Below, one piece after another: positions 11,246 through 20,757 of a stretch of 64,000 nt of DNA (positions within the stretch are counted from its first letter, which is position 1; each line of letters opens with the position of its first letter). The translations under genes were made by a program, and so were the position numbers. Source of the DNA: Nostoc sp. (GTDB lineage: Bacteria; Cyanobacteriota; Cyanobacteriia; Cyanobacteriales; Nostocaceae). Under the pieces are notes generated by a model. That model did no database searches, had not been told where the DNA came from, and saw nothing but the letters and a program-made list of their open reading frames with translations. The DNA is taken from contig JBALDB010000055.1 of the NCBI GenBank assembly GCA_036918135.1, positions 44,401 to 108,400 on the forward strand, read 5' to 3'.

Positions 11246-12304
11246 ATGTACCAACCAAGACAATCTTTAATGCCGATTAATCCTGTTTTCAATCCGAACG
11301 GAAATGATGATACAGGAAACCGTTTGATATGGTTCGGAGAGACTACGAACTTAATGCAACTAAACGACGTTCGTTACTCGTGGGCTGTGTCTCTCTACCG
11401 TCAAATGCGTGAGAACTTCTGGGTTCCTGAAAAGATTGATATTACTCAGGACGTAACAGATTACGTCAATCTCACACCTAGAGAACGACGTGCATTTGAT
11501 GGCATCCTTAGTTATCTCACCTTTCTCGATTCAGTACAAACCTGTAATGTGCCTCACATCAAAAACAGTGTCACTGCACCAGAAATAGCGCTGTGCATGG
11601 CGGAACAAATTTCCCAAGAAGCAATGCACAATCAGTCTTATCAATACATTATTGAGACAGTGATTCCCAGCGATCGCCGGACACACGTCTATGATTTTTG
11701 GCGGAGCGATCGCATTCTCAAACAACGATGCGAATTCATTGCTGGATTATATCAAAAGTATGTCGATAACCCGACACCAGAAAATTATTTTGTATCGCTG
11801 TTAGCAGATTATTTGTTGGAAGGATTGTATTTCTACAACGGGTTTATATTTTTCTACAATCTGTCATCACGAATGCTGATGTCTGGAAGTGCCGATATTT
11901 TTAGAATGATTAACCGAGATGAACTCTCCCATGTGCGACTGTATCAAAAGTTGATTCCAGAAGCGATGCAAGTTTTTCCCCACAGCCGCGAACAAATTTA
12001 TGAAATGTTTGCTTTAGCTGTTGAGCATGAATGCAAGTGGACAGAACATATTGTTGGAGATAATATTCTTGGGATTACGGCAAATAGTACAGAACAGTAC
12101 ACAAAATATCTGGCAAATGCTCGCTTGAAGGCGATCGGTTTAAAGCCATTATTTCCAGAAGCTATCTACAAGAAAAGCCCCTATACTCACTTGGAACGTT
12201 TCTCAGATACTAAAAAAGAAGCGAATACAAAAGCAAACTTTTTTGAGGCGAGTGTGACCAGTTATGTTATGTCATCTAGCATTGAAGGTTGGGATGATTT
12301 CTAA
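11246..12304 (+). CDS. nrdB: Class I ribonucleotide reductase beta subunit
   Basis: FWVPE, EAMH, LEGLYFY, RDELSH and NFFE...Y motifs. Confidence 0.92.
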   Translation: MYQPRQSLMPINPVFNPNGNDDTGNRLIWFGETTNLMQLNDVRYSWAVSLYRQMRENFWVPEKIDITQDVTDYVNLTPRERRAFDGILSYLTFLDSVQTCNVPHIKNSVTAPEIALCMAEQISQEAMHNQSYQYIIETVIPSDRRTHVYDFWRSDRILKQRCEFIAGLYQKYVDNPTPENYFVSLLADYLLEGLYFYNGFIFFYNLSSRMLMSGSADIFRMINRDELSHVRLYQKLIPEAMQVFPHSREQIYEMFALAVEHECKWTEHIVGDNILGITANSTEQYTKYLANARLKAIGLKPLFPEAIYKKSPYTHLERFSDTKKEANTKANFFEASVTSYVMSSSIEGWDDF

Positions 12305-12370
12305 GAGAGGTTTATTATTGGTTTAGATGTGCAGACGCGATATATCGCGTTTTTATAATCCTCCATGAAG

Positions 12371-12522
12371 GGTGGTTATACGGAAAAATTCGGTATAATA
12401 CCCAAACAAGGGGGTAAAAAAGAAGTTTTCCGTATATTCAGACAGGAATTCGTTGTAATGCTTGATATATTAGGATTGAAAAAAGATTATACAGAAAGTT
12501 TCCGTATAATAAATAGTTATGC
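12371..12522 (+). repeat. Long imperfect hairpin element ending in GTTATGC (attC-like), copy 1
   Basis: Arms ttatacggaaaaattcggtataat and attatacagaaagtttccgtataa are near reverse complements; second copy at 15802-15938. Confidence 0.6.
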
Positions 12523-12573
12523 ATACTTTTTGAGGAAAGGTGAACAGACTCAAGTCCTCTTGCTTCGTTATGA

Positions 12574-13335
12574 TTGATTACTGACCAATCAAGTTGTTAC
12601 GCAGCTTTTCTGACAAACCACCTTGATTCTATGGAAACATTTGAAGCAAAAATCCTTGAGATTGCTAGAAAGCAGCCCAATTCCGAAGCTCAATACTACT
12701 CAATAACTTTTACTGCCAACTCAAGCGGAGAAGTGTTTTCGTCATGCTACTCTCACTTTGTTGGATGGGAGAATTCAGAAAGACGGATTGAGTTACGGGC
12801 AGCTTCATTAGTTAAAGCTGATACAATACTGAACTTTTATCGAAGCATTGGAGAAAGTTGTCTAGTTATCGACAGTTTTGAAGAGGTGGCTATTTTCCTG
12901 CTTTATGGTGGACATGGTTTAGTCGAGAAGACCGTTGCTAAAAACGCCCTTGCAGATGAACTCAAACCTCAGCCGTGTATTTGGACTAATGAATTTGGTG
13001 GGTTTAAGCATCCTTTATCCTTACCAAAAGAAGTGTTCAATCGCGCTCCTTCTCCAAAGCAACGGATGAGGGTTATGCAAAGAGATGATTTTCGATGTCG
13101 CGTCTGTGGGCGCAGGCCGGCTGATTATGTTGATGTTGAGTTGCATATTCACCATATTCGACCGTGGGCGCAGGGCGGGATAACGCAAGATGAAAATCTC
13201 ATCACCCTTTGCCACACTTGTCATAAAGGACTAGATCCGCACTACAATCCAAAGCTGTTCGATTTAATTTCATCAACAAGAACAGAAATCGATCCAGAAC
13301 AGCCATCGGAACTTTATTGGCAAGGTGTTCAGTAG
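12574..13335 (+). CDS. HNH endonuclease with uncharacterised N-terminal domain; possibly degraded
   Basis: RDDFRCRVCG...HIHHI...NLITLCHTCH; frame continues past TAG 13333 to TAA 13416; start uncertain. Confidence 0.75.
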   Translation: MITDQSSCYAAFLTNHLDSMETFEAKILEIARKQPNSEAQYYSITFTANSSGEVFSSCYSHFVGWENSERRIELRAASLVKADTILNFYRSIGESCLVIDSFEEVAIFLLYGGHGLVEKTVAKNALADELKPQPCIWTNEFGGFKHPLSLPKEVFNRAPSPKQRMRVMQRDDFRCRVCGRRPADYVDVELHIHHIRPWAQGGITQDENLITLCHTCHKGLDPHYNPKLFDLISSTRTEIDPEQPSELYWQGVQ

Positions 13336-13432
13336 TACTACGAGACAATGACAAAAATGCTGTCCGGGAAGATAGGTGTTGGTAAGAAGTCTAAACAACG
13401 CAAGAAAGCAAAGTAACGTGGTTGCGATGTAT

Positions 13433-13521
13433 GCCTAACAATCCCGTTGCACACCGACCGTATCAAGTTTCTGCGTTGCGTTCGAGAGGTTGTTTGCGGC
13501 GGGTGAACGGGGTCGTTGAAT
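13433..13521 (+). mobile_element. Integron attC site
   Basis: GCCTAAC ... GTTGAAT ends; cccgttGcac pairs with gtgaacggg leaving one extra base. Confidence 0.8.
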
Positions 13522-13610
13522 AGTTGTAGCGATCGCCTCGCCACAATTGTTCATCAAACGTTAGATTTACTCAAAATCAAATCGGTATAATCAGTTGTAC
13601 AATCTCTCCC

Positions 13611-14382
13611 ATGTATGACGATACCTGCTGATTCCTTGCCGAACACATCTGGGCCGACTTCGCCAGTTGGCTGTTAGGAAAGCCTGTCACGATGACAGAA
13701 CTCAAACCCTCTGAACTCTCTCTCGATCCGATTCGCGCCGATGCCCTAATTTTGCTGCAATCAGACGAATCTGTTTTGCATATCGAGTTTCAAACATTTC
13801 CCAAGAACAATATTCCATTCCGTATTTTGGATTACCGCGTGCGAATGTACCGCAAAGATCCAACCAAACCAATGCGGCAAGTTGTGATTTACCTGAAGCA
13901 GACTAGCTCAGAGTTGGTTTATCAAACGAGTTTCACAATGGAACGCACACGTCATGAATTTGATGTCATTCGATTGTGGGAGCAACCTGCCTCACTCTTT
14001 TTGCAATATCCTGGACTATTGCCCTTTGCTACACTGGGACAGACGGCATAATCCAGTAGAGACATTACGCCAAGCAACTGAGATTGTAGATCGGATTCAA
14101 GACCCAACGACACAGGCGAATTTGATAGCAGCCTCAGCAATTCTGGCTGGGTTAAGATTAGAGCAAGACATAATTTATAGTCTAGTGCAAAGAGACATTA
14201 TGCAGGAATCTGTGATTTACCGTTCGATTCAGGAAGAAGCAGAGGCAAGAAAACAGAGAGAGATTGCCAATAATTTACTAAGGGAAGGTTTACTGATTGA
14301 GATGGTTGCTCGTGTAATAGGCTTATCGATAGAGGAAGTTCAACAACTTCACCAGCAACTGAATCAGTCTCCACAAAATTAG
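13611..14382 (+). pseudogene. Rpn family PD-(D/E)XK nuclease, early stop and frameshift
   Basis: MYDDTC*FLAE; IRAD...HIEFQ...RILDY; frameshift near 14047; paralog of 61605-62429. Confidence 0.85.
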
Positions 14383-14404
14383 CCCCAACTGTGTGGCGAT
14401 CGCG

Positions 14405-14492
14405 TCGGTTTAGAGCAATTATGGACACAAGCTATCTACAAGAAAAGTCCCTATACTCACTTGGAGCGTTTTTCAGATACCAAGAAAGAAGC
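14405..14492 (+). pseudogene. Short diverged fragment of nrdB
   Basis: agctatctacaagaaaagtccctatactcacttggagcg...aaagaagc matches 12160-12222 with synonymous differences. Confidence 0.75.
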
Positions 14493-14577
14493 TTACACAA
14501 TAAATAGTTAGCTTGACTTGAACCTGTCTATGACTAACCTGCTACCCTCTATATGTAAGGTTCAGGAGTTAAGAAAA

Positions 14578-15228
14578 ATGGAAAAGGCATTTGGGCTAGA
14601 AGTTCCTGAAAATTTGGAGGATGCCTGCGAACTTAATCGAACAGCTTTGATCGTTTATGATATGCAAATAGGCATCTTTAGCCAGTTAAATGACGGCTCT
14701 AACATAAAAACTCAGGTCATAAAAGTTCTTCAAGCAGCGCGAGAAGTTGGTTTGCGCGTATTCTTTATGCGGCATATGTCATTACCCAAAGAATTGTCGG
14801 GTGTCTTTCAACTGAAGACAGCTAAGGCATGGCAAAGAGTAACCTCAGTTGATGATGTAAAACCTTGGTTTCTTCCTGACTCACCCGGATTTCAATTAAT
14901 TCCTGAAATAACTCCACTTCCTTCCGAAGGAATTTTTAATAAAATCACGATGTCTGCATTTGAGGGAACGCCTCTCGACATTGCCTTACGCGACTGTGGC
15001 ATTCACACTGTAATTATAGTAGGTGTAGCAACTGAAATCGGGATTGAGCCGACAATTCGCCATGCTGCCGATCTTGGCTATATCCCAATCATGGTCACTG
15101 ATGCTTGTGGAGCGGGTAATGAAGAAGCTGGTCAGCGAGCCGTTGCTAGCCTTAAATTTATGGGGGATGCCTTCTTCACAACTGTAGAGGAAATAAGCTT
15201 AATACTTCGCAAGAAAGCTAAAATCTAA
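14578..15228 (+). CDS. Isochorismatase-family cysteine hydrolase
   Basis: TALIVYDMQ, K..MSAF.GT, GVATEIGIEPT, DACG; AGGAG before ATG 14578; the usual nucleophile Cys position appears to be Gly. Confidence 0.8.
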   Translation: MEKAFGLEVPENLEDACELNRTALIVYDMQIGIFSQLNDGSNIKTQVIKVLQAAREVGLRVFFMRHMSLPKELSGVFQLKTAKAWQRVTSVDDVKPWFLPDSPGFQLIPEITPLPSEGIFNKITMSAFEGTPLDIALRDCGIHTVIIVGVATEIGIEPTIRHAADLGYIPIMVTDACGAGNEEAGQRAVASLKFMGDAFFTTVEEISLILRKKAKI

Positions 15229-15257
15229 AGCGGTTTCAGGCGCAATCACAATGCACA

Positions 15258-15345
15258 GCCTAACAAACGTGTTGCAGCGGAACTTATCAGCCTGCCTAGT
15301 TGAGTTGCAAAGGCGATCGGCGTCCGCTGAACACAATCGTTACGG
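15258..15345 (+). mobile_element. Integron attC site
   Basis: GCCTAAC ... GTTACGG; gtgttGcagcgga pairs with tccgctgaacac leaving one extra base. Confidence 0.75.
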
Positions 15346-15354
15346 AGGGACATT

Positions 15355-15549
15355 ATGCAGGAATCAGTCATTTATCGGTCTATTCAGGAAGAGGCAGAGG
15401 CAAGAGCAGAAACAAGAAAGCAAAGAGAAATTGCCAATAATTCACTAAGGGAAGGCTTACCGATTGAGATGGTTGCTCGTGTAACAGGCTTATCAATTGA
15501 AGAAGTCCAACAACTTCAACAGCAACTGAATGAGTCTCCACAAAATTAG
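15355..15549 (+). CDS. Stand-alone Rpn C-terminal small protein (RpnS-like)
   Basis: MQESVIYRSIQEEAEAR..., near copy of 14200-14382, preceded by GGAGG. Confidence 0.6.
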   Translation: MQESVIYRSIQEEAEARAETRKQREIANNSLREGLPIEMVARVTGLSIEEVQQLQQQLNESPQN

Positions 15550-15571
15550 CCCCAACTGTATGGTGATCGCG

Positions 15572-15640
15572 GCATAACAACCCGGTTGAAGCGCACTGAT
15601 AAAGAAAGGTTATCAGTGTTGTCGCAAAAGCGATCGCTGC
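15572..15640 (+). mobile_element. Truncated attC-like site (left arm only)
   Basis: GCATAAC-aacccggttgaagcg start like the other attC sites; no complementary right arm after HIP1 15630-15637. Confidence 0.45.
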
Positions 15641-15801
15641 ACACAACTTTATGATTTTTGGCATTTGGTTGCTTTACAATGGACATTAAACCTTGAAATT
15701 AAGTGGCGGCAATGGATAATACGGATCATTGCCTAGTGGAGAATAGCTTGTCAGCTGACTTAGTATCTGCGACAGAGTTACAGCGCTAATGCGTCAGAGT
15801 T

Positions 15802-15938
15802 GGTGGTTATATGGAAAAATTCGGTATATACCAGAATCAGGATGTAAAAAAGAATTTTCCGTATATTCAAATAGGAGTTCGTTGTAATGCTTCATATATT
15901 AGCAATTGAAAAAGAGATTATACCGAAACTTTCAGTAT
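15802..15938 (+). repeat. Long hairpin element, copy 2 (degenerate)
   Basis: Aligns along its length with 12371-12507. Confidence 0.65.
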
Positions 15939-15995
15939 GTTGAGTTCAACAATAAGAAGAGAGCAAAACTCTCAAACTAACCTCTGAGTCTAGTT

Positions 15996-18254
15996 TTACT
16001 GCGATTTTACAGTTGTGTTTGCTTCCTCTCGCAAGACTTTCGTCGCTTCTACCATGTTTTTTAAAGCTGGAATCACCTCTGACCAACGACGAGTTTTCAA
16101 ACCACAATCTGGGTTCACCCAAATTTGTTTTACAGGTAAATTAGCAACTCCAGTCCGTAATTGCTCTAAAATCTGTTCAGTTGTCGGCACAACAGGACTA
16201 TGAATGTCATAAACTCCATTACCAACTTGATGTGAGTAGCCACCCTCTGTAATTTCTCGTAGAGTTTGATTGTTACTGCGACTATTTTCAATGGAAATTA
16301 CATCAGCATCTAACCGTTCGATATCCTTGATAATGTCACCAAATTCGCAGTAGCACATGTGAGTGTGAATTTGGGTTTGGGGTTGGGCTATTGCTGTCGC
16401 CAACCGAAATGCATCTACAGCCCAAGAAAGATATTCACTCCACCGTTGAGGCTTTAAAGGTAAACCCTCACGTAGCGCTGGTTCATCTACTTGAATTACC
16501 TTTGCACCAGCTGCTTCCAAATCCGCTACCTCATCCCGCAACGCTAAAGCAATTTGAAAAGCTTGTTCTGACTTGGAAACATCTATCTGAGGGTAAGACC
16601 AATTTAAGATAGTTACAGGAGCAGTCAACATCCCTTTTACAGGTTTTTCCGTCAATGATTGAGCTACTTTAAACTCACGTACCGTCATTGGCGTAGTGCG
16701 AACCACATCACCGTAAATAATTGGTGGACGGACGTAACGGCTACCATAGCTTTGTACCCAGCCATTTTCAGTGAAAGCAAAACCTGACAACTGCTGTCCA
16801 AAAAATTCCACCATATCGGTGCGTTCAAATTCACCGTGTACTAAAACATCTAACCCTAATTCCTCTTGTAGTTTAATACTTTTGGCTATTTGAGCATCAA
16901 TAGCAGCTTCATATTCTGACTGATTCAATTCACCCCTTTTATAACGCACCCGGAGTTGACGAACTTCAGAGGTTTGGGGAAAGGAACCAATTGTGGTTGT
17001 TGGGAACATCGGCAGAGGAATTTGAGAATCCAGCCGCAATCCGTAGGATAATGAGCGCTGAAAATCATCAATCTTCAGAGTTTTTAGTCTTTGTTGAACT
17101 GACTGATTGGCTGGACTAAACTCCTCGAATGTACTCCAGGTTGACTCAATAAATTCTTGCTCTATTTTAGTATTGTCACCTTTTATTGTTCGAGCCAAGA
17201 AAACCACTTCTTGAAGTTTCTGTTCGGCAAAGCTCAAGACATTGCGTAGCTGTGATGGTAATCGTTTTTCTCGTTTGGCATCGTAGGGAACGAACTGTAA
17301 GGAAGCAGATGGTTGAATATCTAGAGATGTTCCATGTAATGTCTCTACAATCTCTTGTAATATGGGAATAACTTTCTCTGGACGAACTTGCCAAATATTT
17401 CTTGCATCTATGATCCCTACTCCTAGTCGCTTATTTTGCGGGAAACCGTGAGTTTTGATTAACTCTGAGTTGCGTCCGCGTGTCAAATCTAAGCTAATAG
17501 CAGCAACTGGTAAATCTATTACCCAGGGGTAGGTTTCACCTAAGTCATCAAAATAAGTAACTAGATGCAAAGATATTCCTACTGCATCTAGCGAATTATA
17601 GACAGTTTGAAAATGTTCTTTACAAGAATTAGCATCACCTAAAACAAGTGCTGGCTCATGTATTTGTACTTCTGCTATTCCTAGATTCTTCAGTTCTGTA
17701 AGCAGGTTAACATAGAGTGGCAAGAGTTTTGATACTGCCTCGTCTATTTTTAATTCCAGTCGGCTCAAACGTAGTAGAGTGCATGGGCCCAACACTATAG
17801 GAATTGCTTTTTTACCCAATATATTTTGAGCGCGAGACACAGTTTCTATAAAGTCTCTGAAATCGGCTGGTAATATATCTGTTGCAATTTCTGGGACAAG
17901 ATAGTGGTAGTTAGTGTCAAACCACTTAGTCATTTCCAAGGCTGGAATTCCTTCTTGACCCCGCGCCATCACAAAGTAGCGTTCTAACCCACTAAATTGC
18001 TGAAATCTTTGAGGAATTAGACCAAAACGAAATATCCAATCAAGTACATGGTCGTAGAGAGTTGTGTCTCCAATACCAATGCGGTCAATTCCGGCTTCTA
18101 GTTGAGTTTTCCAGTTAGATTCCTCGACTTGTCGCATCGTTTGCAGTAATGATTCTGCCTCTAGCTTGCCACTCCAAAATGCTTCTAATGCTTTTTTAAC
18201 TTCCCGATTTTTACCGATACGAGGATAGCCTAATGTTGCGGTTTGAATCTGCAT
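15996..18254 (-). CDS. metE: Cobalamin-independent methionine synthase
   Basis: KWFDTNYHY, PTTTIGSFPQT, HTHMCY and WVNPDCGLKTR motifs. Confidence 0.97.
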   Translation of the reverse strand: MQIQTATLGYPRIGKNREVKKALEAFWSGKLEAESLLQTMRQVEESNWKTQLEAGIDRIGIGDTTLYDHVLDWIFRFGLIPQRFQQFSGLERYFVMARGQEGIPALEMTKWFDTNYHYLVPEIATDILPADFRDFIETVSRAQNILGKKAIPIVLGPCTLLRLSRLELKIDEAVSKLLPLYVNLLTELKNLGIAEVQIHEPALVLGDANSCKEHFQTVYNSLDAVGISLHLVTYFDDLGETYPWVIDLPVAAISLDLTRGRNSELIKTHGFPQNKRLGVGIIDARNIWQVRPEKVIPILQEIVETLHGTSLDIQPSASLQFVPYDAKREKRLPSQLRNVLSFAEQKLQEVVFLARTIKGDNTKIEQEFIESTWSTFEEFSPANQSVQQRLKTLKIDDFQRSLSYGLRLDSQIPLPMFPTTTIGSFPQTSEVRQLRVRYKRGELNQSEYEAAIDAQIAKSIKLQEELGLDVLVHGEFERTDMVEFFGQQLSGFAFTENGWVQSYGSRYVRPPIIYGDVVRTTPMTVREFKVAQSLTEKPVKGMLTAPVTILNWSYPQIDVSKSEQAFQIALALRDEVADLEAAGAKVIQVDEPALREGLPLKPQRWSEYLSWAVDAFRLATAIAQPQTQIHTHMCYCEFGDIIKDIERLDADVISIENSRSNNQTLREITEGGYSHQVGNGVYDIHSPVVPTTEQILEQLRTGVANLPVKQIWVNPDCGLKTRRWSEVIPALKNMVEATKVLREEANTTVKSQ

Positions 18255-18329
18255 GATTTGTTATTCCTTTGAAGATTAAATAATTAGGCACTATGAACTG
18301 GAAACTGGTAATTTTCACCCAGTCTTCCA

Positions 18330-18740
18330 TTAACAACAACTTATGTTTAATTGCGTCCACTTACTTTGTGGTGGAATCTTTGCTAGAATTCCTTTTCTTA
18401 GAGGTTCAGGTCGTTCTGACCATAGTAGTGAACCATCACTTTTAGCATAGTATTGACTGGCACATTGCAATATTGCAGATGCAAAACTATCATTTGATAA
18501 ATCGCCAAACAAATAGGTTGGTTTCCCCGATCCAACAAAAGCAATTACACAAGAACGGTTACAAGCACTCATACATTCAACTCCCTGAATAGAGAATTTA
18601 TTTTGCAATTCCCAATTGAATGCAAGTTGTTGTAGATGTAGTAATAGTTGCTGACCGCCACTTTCTCCAATTCGCTTGCCATCTTGCCACACGCTAGCGC
18701 AGGTCGTGCAAACAAATAAAGTATGTTCTTTGTTGAGCAT
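18330..18740 (-). CDS. DUF1636 family Cys-rich metal-binding protein
   Basis: LFVCTTC, VECMSACNRSC, YLFGDL, RPEPLRKGILAKIPP; likely start MLNKEH. Confidence 0.8.
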   Translation of the reverse strand: MLNKEHTLFVCTTCASVWQDGKRIGESGGQQLLLHLQQLAFNWELQNKFSIQGVECMSACNRSCVIAFVGSGKPTYLFGDLSNDSFASAILQCASQYYAKSDGSLLWSERPEPLRKGILAKIPPQSKWTQLNISCC

Positions 18741-19227
18741 TAATTTTGATGTGTGTAGGATTAAGTCCCAAGCGCAGATATTACACAGTTTTGTCAGCAT
18801 GAAATCTAACCTTGCTGACTGTGCAATCTATCTGTTGCGAACTATTAGTAATAATTGACCAACAATTCCTTGATAGTAAAATCCGCAGATTTGTCTGTAG
18901 AATCAATTCAAAATCTCAAATTGGATCATCAGTATCAGGTCAGATGATACAAGAACAGCTGTTATCAAGTAGCTGTTGATGTCCTTTTAAAAAAAGACTA
19001 CTACTTTTTATATCAGTGATAATCGTGCCAAATAACCCAGTAGTACAGACACTTCCTGAAAAATACACTTTTAGACGCAATTTGTACCGCCAATTAACTA
19101 TTTATCATTTCCTCACAAGCCGTGACTTGAAGTGTATCTTTGGTGCAATGAAGAAATAAAATTGATTGATTGTAAAAATATTCATATTTGCGCTTATCTA
19201 TACCTCGTAGATTTTAGCAGGAGTTAA

Positions 19228-19352
19228 CTGTTCGGCGGGCATTCTGACTCACAAGGCAAGCCTTGATTACAGCTGCGGGACAGCGCCGGATTTGCACCGT
19301 ACTTTCCCCCTTACGTCCGATGGCTGCTCCCCATCAGAACCGAGATTCCTTT
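19228..19352 (-). promoter_or_regulatory. Cobalamin riboswitch
   Basis: Minus strand AAGGGGGAAAGTACGGTGCAAATCCGGCGCTGTCCCGCAGCTGTAA...GAGTCAGAATGCCCGCC, upstream of DUF1636-metE. Confidence 0.92.
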
Positions 19353-19566
19353 GTATATTAACACAACTGGATTTGCTTGCGTAAGTTACTCCAAGCAATT
19401 AATGAAGCGATCGCATTGCTGATAGATCTAATTGTTTTGATATTCAACTACATTTACTACCTCACTGCTAGCAATGTCTCAACGACAAGCCAAACAAGCG
19501 TCTATGCCTCAGACCCCACCTTTATGGGAAAATATCGCAAATATTGCCTATCGCTCAAGCTGAAAA

Positions 19567-20559
19567 ATGACCATCACCATTTCGCGACATAACTTTTTCG
19601 ATGTCTATTTTGAAGTTGAACAAACTAAGCAACGCTACGATCGTGCTGACGAATTTGATAATCTTTGGCAGTACCCATCCCAGTTTGGTGAAGGATACAG
19701 CCGAACCATCCAACTACAACACGGATTGGGACTAATGATCAATCAGTATCAACTCCATGAAGATTTGGCGATCAAAGTCTCGGAACGTGGAGATGATTAT
19801 TTACATTATGGATGTTGTCTTTCAGGGAGTTATGAAAGTCGGGATGTCCACAGCAGCAGTAATAGGTTTGGTGGAGCAGGACACTATCTTGTTTTGAGCG
19901 GTGGGGCATTACCTAGCCAAATCGGAGCAAACTCAGCAAGGCAGCGCTTTGTGATAGTAAATGCCTGGATTTCACCGGAGCGATTTTGCTCCTTTGCAGG
20001 CAATGCCTCAGGAGAAATCCCAGCAGAGTTAGAGTATCTAGTTAGGCAGTCAACCCAGGAACCACATATCAGGTATGAAAAGACCTTACCTGCAATGCAG
20101 CTAGTCGCACAGCAAATTCTGCATTGCCCTTACTGGGGCATGACTAAGCGGATCTATCTAGAAAGTAAAGCTTTAGAACTGTTGGCACTGATGCTCACAG
20201 AGGAAAGGGAAGCACAGCAAGGTAAACAACTGCCATCTAAATTGAAATTGCAACATGTTGACTGCATTCACCACGCCAGAAATATTTTGCTAGGAAGTCT
20301 TGACAATCCACCATCATTAATGGAATTAGCGCGAAAAGTAGGATTAAATGAACGCAGTCTCAGGCAAGGATTTCGTCGAGTCTTTGGTACAACTGCGTTT
20401 GCCTACCTACATGACTATCGCCTGGAGAAAGCACGCCAACTCCTCAGTACTAGGGAAATGAAAGTGATTGAGGTGGCGTATAGCATCGGCTTTGTTAATC
20501 GCAGTTACTTCGCAGCCGCATTTAAGAAAAAGTTTGGTCTTTTATACCCTTTGTTCTAG
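19567..20559 (+). CDS. AraC-family regulator; extreme C-terminus replaced
   Basis: CPY.G.TKR.YLESKALEL, two HTH motifs; ends KKFGLLYPLF instead of the KKFG..P..Y of its paralogs. Confidence 0.85.
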   Translation: MTITISRHNFFDVYFEVEQTKQRYDRADEFDNLWQYPSQFGEGYSRTIQLQHGLGLMINQYQLHEDLAIKVSERGDDYLHYGCCLSGSYESRDVHSSSNRFGGAGHYLVLSGGALPSQIGANSARQRFVIVNAWISPERFCSFAGNASGEIPAELEYLVRQSTQEPHIRYEKTLPAMQLVAQQILHCPYWGMTKRIYLESKALELLALMLTEEREAQQGKQLPSKLKLQHVDCIHHARNILLGSLDNPPSLMELARKVGLNERSLRQGFRRVFGTTAFAYLHDYRLEKARQLLSTREMKVIEVAYSIGFVNRSYFAAAFKKKFGLLYPLF

Positions 20560-20642
20560 TGTCAAATAGCGATGTCTGATGACAAGCCCTTAAGAGCGTC
20601 TACGCCTCACACTCCAGTTTCACGAGCAACTCTTGCAGCAGA

Positions 20643-20688
20643 AAAAAGTCCGGTTAACGTTCAAAAAAAGTCTGTATCACGTTCAAAA
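20643..20688 (+). promoter_or_regulatory. 22-bp-period direct repeat, putative AraC operator
   Basis: aaaagtccggttaacgttcaaa / aaaagtctgtatcacgttcaaa. Confidence 0.55.
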
Positions 20689-20757
20689 TTTCTTTGAATC
20701 GCACTAGTCTATCCAGTACTCTTATTGAGAGTACTTGTCAGGTTTGGTGGGGAAGTG

